DNA of 64,000 bases. It comes from an uncultured virus (IMG/VR IMGVR_UViG_3300049259_000045). Taxonomy: Duplodnaviria > Heunggongvirae > Uroviricota > Caudoviricetes. Below are positions 45,228-54,200 of the stretch, one piece after another. The DNA lies in IMG/VR virus record IMGVR_UViG_3300049259_000045; one strand, written 5' to 3'. Within the stretch, counting starts at the first letter, position 1, and each line of letters opens with the position of its first letter. The notes below the pieces were generated by a model. The model did no database searches and was not told where the DNA came from. It saw nothing but the letters and a program-made list of their open reading frames with translations. The translations under genes were made by a program, and so were the position numbers.

Positions 45228-45713
45228 TCACACCCCGGAGGTGACGGAGATCGAGGTCCCGGAGCGAGTGGAGAACTGACCGAATGTCACACCGGTCGAG
45301 TGAGCCTTGGTGGTCGCGGCCACCACCACGCTGGTTCCGGTCGAACCTGCTCCGACCACGACCAGCTCGCTGTTGTTGCCGTCCTGAATGGACACCACCA
45401 TGCCGTTGGTGAAGCTGGCTCCGCCGGACGCCACGGCCAAGGCGGTCGCGCCCAGCGTCGCGTCAGCACTGAGCGTGTTGGTGGGGGACACCACGTTGTT
45501 CAGGCCGGACACGGCGTAGATCGAGTAGTTCACGTCAGGAAGACTGATTTCCTGGCCGGGCTCCAGAGGGAAACCGGTAGCCGCTGTCACACCGGTCTGA
45601 CCGAGGAACGCCGTGGTTCGGCCCATGTTGTTGACGATCAGGTTCTGCGCCATGGCCTGCGGAGCGAAGATCAGCGCGGGTGCCGACCCCACCGGAGTAT
45701 TGGAAGTCGCCAT
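45228..45713 (-). CDS. Putative head decoration protein
   Basis: N.G..TAFLG..GVTAATGFPLEPG motif shared with the adjacent gene. Confidence 0.55.
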   Translation of the reverse strand: MATSNTPVGSAPALIFAPQAMAQNLIVNNMGRTTAFLGQTGVTAATGFPLEPGQEISLPDVNYSIYAVSGLNNVVSPTNTLSADATLGATALAVASGGASFTNGMVVSIQDGNNSELVVVGAGSTGTSVVVAATTKAHSTGVTFGQFSTRSGTSISVTSGV

Positions 45714-45783
45714 ATGTGCCTTTCCGGGAAGTGGGCCCGACCCCGGGGGGAACCAGAGAGGTCGGGCCCACGTTGGGGGTGGA

Positions 45784-46110
45784 CTAGTCCACTACGTTGA
45801 CGGTGGCCAGGCCGGTCTCGACCGCAGCCGTTCCGCTGGAGGTGATCGCGTAGATGTCGCCCACCGTGTCACCCTTGACGTGACTGTACCCGAGGTAGGT
45901 GAGCTGCTGGCCAGCGTCGAGACGCAGACCGTGAGCAGCCGTCACCGTGGACGACCCGAGGAACACCGACACGGTACCGATGTTCACGATGGTCACGTCG
46001 CGGAGCGTGGCCCCGGTGGCGTACTTGGACGAGGTGGTGTCGAAGATCTTGACCGTAGCGCCGGATCCGACGCTCGACACCTGTACGGTACTGGCAGCGT
46101 AAATGCCCAT
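45784..46110 (-). CDS. Putative head decoration protein
   Basis: Start MGIYAAS after GAAAGG; NIGTVSVFLGSSTVTAAHGLRLDAG. Confidence 0.55.
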   Translation of the reverse strand: MGIYAASTVQVSSVGSGATVKIFDTTSSKYATGATLRDVTIVNIGTVSVFLGSSTVTAAHGLRLDAGQQLTYLGYSHVKGDTVGDIYAITSSGTAAVETGLATVNVVD

Positions 46111-46150
46111 AGATAGCCTTTCCGTGCTGCTTGGGCGAACGAAGGGTGGC

Positions 46151-46187
46151 CGGGTTTCTGCCCCACCCTCGAAGGGCAGAAACCCGG
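46151..46187. terminator. Hairpin after the capsid gene
   Basis: ccgggtttctgccc...gggcagaaacccgg. Confidence 0.55.
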
Positions 46188-46193
46188 AGCTTG

Positions 46194-48005
46194 TCAGGAG
46201 AACGGAGTTACGTCGCTGACCTGCAGACCCTGGAGAAGGCCCGAGTAGAACGGAGCGTGGCTGACCAGCGCGCCGTACATGAAGATCGAGTAGCGGAACG
46301 TAGCGTCGATGACCGGCCAGGCGATGGACACGTAGTCCTGCACCATCGTCATCTCCCACGCGTTCGCGACGTTCGTCCACGTCTGCGGGAGCTGGTAGGT
46401 CATGAGCATTGCGGTGCCCTGGGTCAGCCAGGGGTGCACCACCAGCTTGAGGATAGAGCGGGTGATCGGGTTCTGGAACTCCGACACCGCCGCACCGACA
46501 CGAACACCGGGAACGTCGGACTGCTCCAGGAACAGCCGGTAGTTCGTGGCCGACCCCTGGCTGATCACGTCGTTCGACAGGCGCATGATGTCTCCGCCGT
46601 CGCCGACGATCTCCGCCGGGTCCGCGCGGAACGCACCCGGGTTGTTGCTGCTCTGGTTCTCCCACAGGGCGTCGAGAGCGGTGTACAGCACGTTGTAGCT
46701 GAGGTGGCTGCCAACCGACCCGTTGTAGTAGCCGCCCTGCCAGCCGCTCGGGTAGATGCCCGAACCGGCGGACTTACCCGACAGCGTCGGGATGATGCCC
46801 TCCATGCGGGTGGCCGAACCGGTGCCGGAGTCGCTGGCCGGGGGAATCGGCTGGGTGCTGGCTGCCGCCGCACCTTGCAGGGTATACTTGATGCCGCCGA
46901 TGCCGGTCGCGAACCGGTACCAGTTGGCGCCGTCGGTGGAGGTGTAGACGTTGTACGTCAGGGCACCGGCCGAGGGGCCGATGGTGAGGTCCACCACCTG
47001 ACCGGCGCTGACGCTGGTGGCGGTCGAGCCGGACGGCACGGTCTCACCGTAGTAGTTCGCGGCGGTGACCTTGACGGACGTGACGGAAGTCGCCAGCGCG
47101 GTCTCGCCGGAACCAGCCGCACGGACGTTCGCCGACACGATGGTCGGAGCTACCAGGTTGGTGCTGGTGGCCGCGATCATCTGGTATTCCTCGCCGAGCA
47201 TCATCTCTTGGAGGAGAATCAGGTTGGCGAGAGCCGAGACGTCCTCGAAGCCCTGACCGGCAAACTGCGCCAGCCACGACAGGGATTCCGTCAGGCCGAA
47301 GAACCGGTAGGGCACATTGATCGTGACCTCGGTCTGGCCGCCGGACTGCGGGAGGTTCAGCGGCCACGAAGTGCCCGCCAGCGAGCCACCCGACTGGACC
47401 AGCTCGGGGATGGAGATGTCGAGGACGCTCTGGCCACCGGTCTGCGAACCGGAGATGCCCGTGAACACCTTCTCGATGCGGCTGGTGCCCTGTCCCGCCG
47501 GACGCGGGAGCTTGTTGCGGAACACCGTGTACATCGGGTAGATCAGCCGGGACGGCGCCAGCAGGTCGAACGGGACCAGGCCCGAGACCGTGCCGATGCC
47601 GAGGTTTCCGGCGGTGAAGCTCTTGAGCGCGTCCGCGCCACCCGGCATCGCGCCGAGCACCTGGGAAAGCTGCTCCCCGATCGACGGGGTGTTGAGAGCT
47701 GTGGCCAGGTAGCCGAACTGGTTGAGGAAGCTCGGGTTGAGCCCCTTCACCACATCGGCCTTGGCGTGGTACCCGCGCTGGGTCTCCGCGCGCAGGTCCA
47801 TCGCGGCCTGGTGCGCCTTGGTGAGGATCTGGGTCTGGTCGGTCAGCGGCTCGTTGCCGTTGCCGACGTAACCCGCGCCCTTGACCATGAACGGCATGCG
47901 AGCCTTGAGCATGTCGCCGGAACGGCTGTACTTGCCCGCGTCCTTGGTAGCTTCCTTGATTGCCGAGCCAGGGCTCGGACGCTCTGCGGTGAGGATGTCA
48001 GCCAC
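46194..48005 (-). CDS. Major capsid protein with an inserted Ig/Fn3-like domain
   Basis: FDLLAPSRLIYP...FRNKLPR, VHPWLTQGT, YGAL; strong SD AAGGAGG; follows the protease. Confidence 0.8.
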   Translation of the reverse strand: MADILTAERPSPGSAIKEATKDAGKYSRSGDMLKARMPFMVKGAGYVGNGNEPLTDQTQILTKAHQAAMDLRAETQRGYHAKADVVKGLNPSFLNQFGYLATALNTPSIGEQLSQVLGAMPGGADALKSFTAGNLGIGTVSGLVPFDLLAPSRLIYPMYTVFRNKLPRPAGQGTSRIEKVFTGISGSQTGGQSVLDISIPELVQSGGSLAGTSWPLNLPQSGGQTEVTINVPYRFFGLTESLSWLAQFAGQGFEDVSALANLILLQEMMLGEEYQMIAATSTNLVAPTIVSANVRAAGSGETALATSVTSVKVTAANYYGETVPSGSTATSVSAGQVVDLTIGPSAGALTYNVYTSTDGANWYRFATGIGGIKYTLQGAAAASTQPIPPASDSGTGSATRMEGIIPTLSGKSAGSGIYPSGWQGGYYNGSVGSHLSYNVLYTALDALWENQSSNNPGAFRADPAEIVGDGGDIMRLSNDVISQGSATNYRLFLEQSDVPGVRVGAAVSEFQNPITRSILKLVVHPWLTQGTAMLMTYQLPQTWTNVANAWEMTMVQDYVSIAWPVIDATFRYSIFMYGALVSHAPFYSGLLQGLQVSDVTPFS

Positions 48006-48051
48006 AGAACCCTCCTTTAAGTTCGAAGCGAGATGATCGAGCTTGGTACTG

Positions 48052-50628
48052 CTACAGTCCGCGCATCTTGACGAGCGCGTTCCAGGCAGCCTCTCGCTGC
48101 GCAGGGTCCGGACTGGTTCGGAACTGAGTTTCCAGTTCGTTCATCATCATCCGCTGGGTCCGCTCTGCGGTCTCAGCAATGGTAGCCACACCGGTAGCTC
48201 CGGCGGACTTGGTGACCGGGTTCTGTCCCACGCCCTTGAAGGCTTGGACCCGGGGGTCGGGGAGGTCGCCGAGGGCGTCCACGTTCTGAGTGAGGGCGGT
48301 GACCTGTTCGGTCAAAGCCGCCACCTGCTTGACCAGAGTCGCGATGCCGGAATCCGTGGATTCCGCCTTGTCGATCTTGGCCTTCTTGTGCTTCTTGACC
48401 TTGATGCCCTCGGCCACCGTCGGGTCTACCGGCGCTGCCGGATCTTCCGACTTGACAGTCGAGGGAACAGGGCTGGGCGTGGTCGCCTCGAATCCCATGG
48501 GGCACAGGTCCGGGAACGTCTGCGAAATGTGATCGTGCATCGCCGACATTGCCGAAGCCGCCGCGTTCCGCATCGACGCCTCATAGCTGACGCGTGTCAA
48601 GTCTCCGGTGCCCTTGTTGGCCGGGCTGGGGGACTCGTGACCAGCGGTGAGCGGACCGCGCTGGAACTGGCTGGCGTCGAGCTGACGAGTCGGAACGCTT
48701 GCCGACCATGCCGCCGGTCGAGAACCGGGGCTCTCCGAAGCGTGTCCGGCCGTGATGGCAGGCCGATTGAACTTGGACGGGCTCAGTTCGGTCGGAGTGG
48801 GGAACGCCCCCGGACCTTGATTGGCGTCACGGAACGCCTTGTGAGACTCGAACCGAAGATCGTTGGTGATCTCGACGCCTGCGCGCTTGATGGTGTCCGC
48901 GTGCTGCCACAGAGCGGTTGCAGCGGTAGCCTCTTCCAGCGTGCCGCCGGTGGCCGCGTCCAGGGCCTTGGACTGCCAGTAGAAGATGTCCAGGTCGTTT
49001 ACCGACACGTCCGGGTGGGACTTGGCCACGTCGTCCGGGTGGAACCCCGGGCACAGCAGGTCGTGCAGCGAACCGAGGTTGGGCGGAACACCGATGGACT
49101 TGATCCGGGTGACAGTCTTGAGATGGGCCGTGTCAGGGTCGGTAGGCATACCCGCGTCATGCTCCAGGGACTCGATGGCGGTCCCGTCCGGCTCACGATG
49201 CGCCGGTACAGGCTTGATGTCGGACACTGCCGTTCCGGCCGCACCTGCCCCCGGAGTCGGCTTGCTGGCCTTGGTGTTGGCTCCCTCGTACCCCGGGTTT
49301 TCCTTGCCGCAGCCAGGGCAGTATTTCTCGTCTTCGTCCAGTTCTCGGCTGCAGCCGAGGCAGGTGAAGTCGTGGCTCTTGGTGGCAGCGGGGGTCTGAT
49401 CGTTGCCACACTCCGGGCAGAACTTGTGAAGAACGTCGATGTTGGCACCACATCCGGCGCACAACTTCTTGTCCTTCTTGACGGCCTCGGGCTCGTTCTC
49501 GGTCTTGCTGGCGATCGGCAGCTCAGCGCCGCACTTCTCGCACTTGCGGACCTTGGCGTCAGCGTGGTAGGACTTGCCACACTTCGGGCAATCCTTCGCG
49601 CCCTTGGTGGCCTCGTCCTCCTCGCTGCCGAATGCCGGGGCACCCTCTCCCCCGAAATCGGGCTTCTTGCCCTTCTTCTTGGCCTTTTCGGCCGTGTCAG
49701 CGCCCTCCGACTTCCAGCTTTCGGGAAGCTGCTGCACGTACTCCGGACCGAGGCGGTTCGCGATCTGAACGATGTTCTGCCGGAGCTTGTCAGGACTGTA
49801 GTTGTCCGACCCCGCGCGACCGATCGAGCTGGCTGCGTCCGACACGTCGCCAGGCTTCACGATCGGGAACGATCGATCGCGGCCTGCGAAGTTGTCAGCC
49901 GGAATCTTGTCCCGATCGGTGCCGCCCCCGACGTTCGGGTCGACATCCTTCTTCTCGACCACCGATGCGTCGGCCTGCGCCTTCTCGGCAACCGCTCGGT
50001 GTTCCAGCAGCTTGGCCAGATCTCCGGGGCTGAACGTGCTCGATCCAGGAACAGTATCCGGGACCTTGATGCCGTCATACGCCTGCTGCAGGATCGTGGA
50101 GTTGCCGAACACCTTACCCACGAATTCGGCGTGACCATCGTCGCCAGCGGACTTGACCAGCTCGATCCCGCAGTTCTTGTTGGCGGGTCGGTCGACCAGG
50201 CTGATTTCCACGATCTCGCCGTCGACAATCCGCCCACCCCTGGCCACCGCGTCCCGCACGATCTTGGGCCGAGCGATGCCCACCGAGTACGCCCGGAGAG
50301 TCTTGGTCTCGACCAGCCGCTTGGCCACCGGCTCGACCACCAGGGACTTGACGTAGGTCTCTCCGCCGGACCCCGTGTTGATCTCCACGCCCACGCCAGC
50401 CGGGTCACGCTGAGCGTTGTGCTGGACTCGGACGTTGGCACCAGTGGCCAGCCAGTCGGCGATGGCCTTAGCCGACCAATCGGGGTCCACGATCTGCTCG
50501 TCGGAGTCCACGCTGCCGTCGGTGGCCTTACCGTAAACCAGCAGGTCGCCCTCGGGCGTGGTCTCAGTCTTCTCGATCGGGAAACTGAGGTAAGTCAGTT
50601 CCGATCCGTTGGTTAGAGTCGCAGCCAT
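48052..50628 (-). CDS. Capsid maturation protease fused to Zn-ribbon and scaffold regions
   Basis: VYGKAT...DSDEQIV, VRVQH, YSVG, EISLVDRPAN; tandem CxxC pairs; C-terminal coiled coil. Confidence 0.8.
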   Translation of the reverse strand: MAATLTNGSELTYLSFPIEKTETTPEGDLLVYGKATDGSVDSDEQIVDPDWSAKAIADWLATGANVRVQHNAQRDPAGVGVEINTGSGGETYVKSLVVEPVAKRLVETKTLRAYSVGIARPKIVRDAVARGGRIVDGEIVEISLVDRPANKNCGIELVKSAGDDGHAEFVGKVFGNSTILQQAYDGIKVPDTVPGSSTFSPGDLAKLLEHRAVAEKAQADASVVEKKDVDPNVGGGTDRDKIPADNFAGRDRSFPIVKPGDVSDAASSIGRAGSDNYSPDKLRQNIVQIANRLGPEYVQQLPESWKSEGADTAEKAKKKGKKPDFGGEGAPAFGSEEDEATKGAKDCPKCGKSYHADAKVRKCEKCGAELPIASKTENEPEAVKKDKKLCAGCGANIDVLHKFCPECGNDQTPAATKSHDFTCLGCSRELDEDEKYCPGCGKENPGYEGANTKASKPTPGAGAAGTAVSDIKPVPAHREPDGTAIESLEHDAGMPTDPDTAHLKTVTRIKSIGVPPNLGSLHDLLCPGFHPDDVAKSHPDVSVNDLDIFYWQSKALDAATGGTLEEATAATALWQHADTIKRAGVEITNDLRFESHKAFRDANQGPGAFPTPTELSPSKFNRPAITAGHASESPGSRPAAWSASVPTRQLDASQFQRGPLTAGHESPSPANKGTGDLTRVSYEASMRNAAASAMSAMHDHISQTFPDLCPMGFEATTPSPVPSTVKSEDPAAPVDPTVAEGIKVKKHKKAKIDKAESTDSGIATLVKQVAALTEQVTALTQNVDALGDLPDPRVQAFKGVGQNPVTKSAGATGVATIAETAERTQRMMMNELETQFRTSPDPAQREAAWNALVKMRGL

Positions 50629-50723
50629 AGGGCTCCCTAGTTGTCGGTCAGCGACCGGTTGTGGTGTTGACGGCAGCGTACCCGGCTTCGGTCGCTGACT
50701 GAAAATCGACACATCAGGGTGAC

Positions 50724-50753
50724 TTGTGCCTAACCCGTTTGATGTGTTATAAT
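50724..50753 (+). promoter_or_regulatory. Promoter of the lone plus-strand gene
   Basis: TTGTGC-N18-TATAAT. Confidence 0.65.
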
Positions 50754-50790
50754 TGTTCTACAAGGACGGAAACGAACCAAGGAGCCCAAA

Positions 50791-50964
50791 ATGTCGAACA
50801 CCGCGAACACCAGCCGCCGGTTCCAGATCCGCTACGACAACAAGGCTGGAATCAACGGAGTCTTCGACTCCGAGGCCAACAAGTTCGTTGGTCACACCCA
50901 GACCGTCAGCGGCTGCCAGAGCCTCCGCCGCAACATCGAGCGCCGGGCGAACAACGCCAGCTGA
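50791..50964 (+). CDS. 57-aa protein (moron-like)
   Basis: SD AAGGAG, ATG; MSNTANTSRRFQIRYDNKAGINGVFDSEANKFVGHTQTVSGCQSLRRNIERRANNAS. Confidence 0.7.
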   Translation: MSNTANTSRRFQIRYDNKAGINGVFDSEANKFVGHTQTVSGCQSLRRNIERRANNAS

Positions 50965-50969
50965 ACCGC

Positions 50970-51004
50970 TGAGCCCCCTCGGGACTTCCTCCCGAGGGGG
51001 CTCA
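50970..51004. terminator. Perfect 15-bp hairpin between convergent genes
   Basis: tgagccccctcggga-cttcc-tcccgagggggctca. Confidence 0.7.
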
Positions 51005-51217
51005 GGCGTTTAGATCGTCAGGCTCTAGAACCAAGGGCGCCTCGCCAAGCTTCAAGCGAGGCGCCCAACGGGCTCCCGGACCACGGAGAACGTAGCCGAA
51101 ATCGGTCGTGACCGAGTCCCACTTGAGGGTCACATGCGCCCCCAGATCCTCCAGCTCGTTCATCAGTTCCGCTGCTCTGGTCAAGGCGTCCACGATACGT
51201 TCGCGCTGTTCACTCAC
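51002..51217 (-). CDS. Hypothetical protein
   Basis: GTGA coupling to the portal stop. Confidence 0.55.
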   Translation of the reverse strand: MSEQRERIVDALTRAAELMNELEDLGAHVTLKWDSVTTDFGYVLRGPGARWAPRLKLGEAPLVLEPDDLNA

Positions 51218-54200
51218 CGGACGTCCTTCCAAATTTGGTCGACCACTCTGTGCCACTCAGCCATCAACTCCGGCCGGATTGCCGGGTTTTCTGCGGCGTG
51301 CCATGAGTCCCACCAAGCCAGAGCCTCGACTTGGTCACCATCGGGGTCGTCCGGGTTGTTTACCTCATACCGGCCGTCGAATACCGGCAGGTCGGATTCG
51401 TGTTCTATCTGATACACAAACCCCGCGTAAACGCCGTTGTAAGTAAGCCACTCGCCGATCTTGACCGCGCTGTCCGGGAAGTTCATCCCGGTTTCCTCGG
51501 ACCATTCTCGCAGAGCTGCAGCCTCGGGCGTCTCGCCCTCCTCCAAGCAGCCGCCGGGAAACTCCCAGAACCCCGACGCGGGATCGGTCTCGTCATAGGC
51601 TCGTTGGAGCATGAGCAGCCGGTCAGTGTCCTTGGCATGGACGCACACACCGGCGGCTACCGGTCCTACCGACTTGGACTGATACGAGTACTCGCTGCCG
51701 CCGGTACCCTCAGTACGTTGATACGAATGGGTTTCATTCCACGGGCCGTCCTCGGTGGGAACCTTGGCCAGGTACGCTCGAACAGGCTTGCTGACCATTC
51801 GGGACGCCAGCGCTCGATGGTGTCCATCGACTACCATGGCCTTGTCGTGGCCAGGCTTCTTGACCAACAGTATGGGCCGAACGTCCTCGCCGGTTAGCAG
51901 CTTCTTGGCAAATTTGGCTACCTTACCTGCCTCGTGATCAGCAGCCCACGAACCAGCGTCCTCGAAATCGATGTCGTCGGCAGTAACCTCGATCGGACCC
52001 TGCCACTTGACGAATGCCATCCAGACTATGGCGTGTGCGGGGAAGTCACCCGCCATAGTCTGAAATGCTCCGTGTGCGGCATCGGTCATCCGAGGCGCCA
52101 TCTTGTCCGACACTGATTCGTCGTCGTCGTGACTGATCGACCCGTCAGCGTGCTGCCAGCCGTTCTCAGTGTCGTACGCGACCGGAATTCCGCATGGGCA
52201 CATCACGGAGTGCTTGGCGTGACTCTGACCCAGACCGCAGAGGGCGCAAGCCCCCTGACCGTTGTCCTTGAACTCGTGCAGCACGTCCTGGGCGTCTCCG
52301 GACGTTCCGTCGATGCCAGCCGCTTGCCGATCAGCGTCGGACTTGACGGATGACGGGCTGCAGTGTGGGCAACCCTTGTCGTGTACCGCCGGACTGCGAA
52401 ACACCTCGTCGCACTTGGGGCTGTCAATCTCGGACGGATACAAGCTGCCGCCAGCGTCGCACCGATAGCACTCGTGGCCGGTAGCGTGCTCTCCCGACCC
52501 TCCGCAGCAATCGCAGCCGGTCAGAGTAGCGGACTTGTCAGCTCCGTAGATACCGTTGACGTCGTGGGCGGACAGGAACGGACCGCCACCGCCAGCCGGA
52601 CCGCCCTGCGGACCCTCGTCCGCCTCGGTCCAGCGCTCTTGCCCGTTAGTGTCGACAATTCGACGCATCGCCAGCCTGGCTGCTGCCTTGTATTCCATGC
52701 CGCTCTTAATTCGAGACGACAGGATGCGCAAGTCAGAGAAGGTTAGGTTACGTCGATTCCATTCGGAAACGGTCAGACCCTTGGACAGATGACGAGCAGC
52801 CGCCTCCATTTCGGAGTAGACCATCCGGTACAGAGCGTTGTTGGACATCTCGCTGTGCACTTGCTCAGCGCTGATGTCGGAGGGTTCAACACTGATGCCT
52901 TGCCAGCCGCCGTTTTGGCGTGCGCGTTGGTTGCCCATATCGGCAAGCTGACGGCGGATGTCGTCCCGGGTCTGAGCTTGCGACCTGGACGGTTCCGGCA
53001 CAGTAGCCAAGAACCGCTGACGAGCGTCCTCAGCCTGATTGCGCCGAGCCGTGATGTCGCTCAACTGCTGCTGGTAATACCCGACCTCAGCGTCATCGTC
53101 CCGAAGAGTGTTGGTGCCCTCTTCTACCGGATCACCCTCCTTGATGTACTCCAAGCTGCACTTGCAGTTGGGGCCACCGAGGCAAACATCTCCGAAATCA
53201 CCATCACCAGGCCAGCCGGGCAGGCTGTGGAAGGTGTAGGTGATTCCGTCCCGAGCTATGCAGGCTCCGCAGTGCTCCGACGCTCCGAGGTGCCACACGA
53301 TCTGATAGCTACCGTCGGCCTGGAGGGTACGGCCGTACGCGATGTTGTACGCGCCGACCAGCGTCCGACCGTACAGGTCGAGTCGGCTGGATAGACGAGA
53401 TTGCGCCAAGGCCCCACCGGTGGCAAGATCCTTGAACAGCCCCATCAAGAACGGGCGTTGACTCTCGGCTCGGGAAGACGCTTCGCTGTCCACGTAGGAA
53501 GACAGGTCATCAAAGCCTGAATCGTCGTCTCCCTCTCCGTCGTCCTTGCGGACCCCGGTTATTCCGTGATCTCGACGGGCGTCACCGGCTGCCGCCCTCA
53601 TTACCTGCCGGTATCCGGTGGCAAGGTGCTGAACGCCTTCATTCAAGCCGGTGGCAGCGTCGATCTCGCCCTCTTGGTACTGGTCCACAATCCGCCGCAG
53701 ACCGAGGGTAACGCGTTTGGCGGACGCATCCACGCGGTTCTGACGCCGCGCTTGGTGCCGTGCTGCCCCCGCGTGCACGGGGCGCCTGGCCTTCTGTGTG
53801 TCCGTCTTGACGTCCGGTGGGGTCTTCTGCGACGTCTCGTGCCCCTCGGCGGCCTCGTGCCCGGGGGACTGCTGCGAGCCCCCCGGAGACCCTCCTCCTG
53901 GCTTCTTGTCGTCCGACTCTTGACCCGGCTCGGGCGGCTTTCCACCGTTCGCAGCGAGTTGCTGCGTGGCCTGCAAGCTGGCCTGACGGGTTGCACTGGC
54001 CTCGGCCAGCGTGACGAATCCGGTCGCTGGGGTGGCCCATCCAGGATCGGAAGTCTCGGGCAGGCCCCAAGGAGGAAGGTTCAGCTTCTCGCGACCTTCG
54101 TCAATCGAGCGCAGACCAGAGTTGACCTGGTTGACAACGAGCGTGGTGGTGGTTGCCTCGTCGTCTTCCTCGATCTGACCCTCGAACACAAACCGCATGT

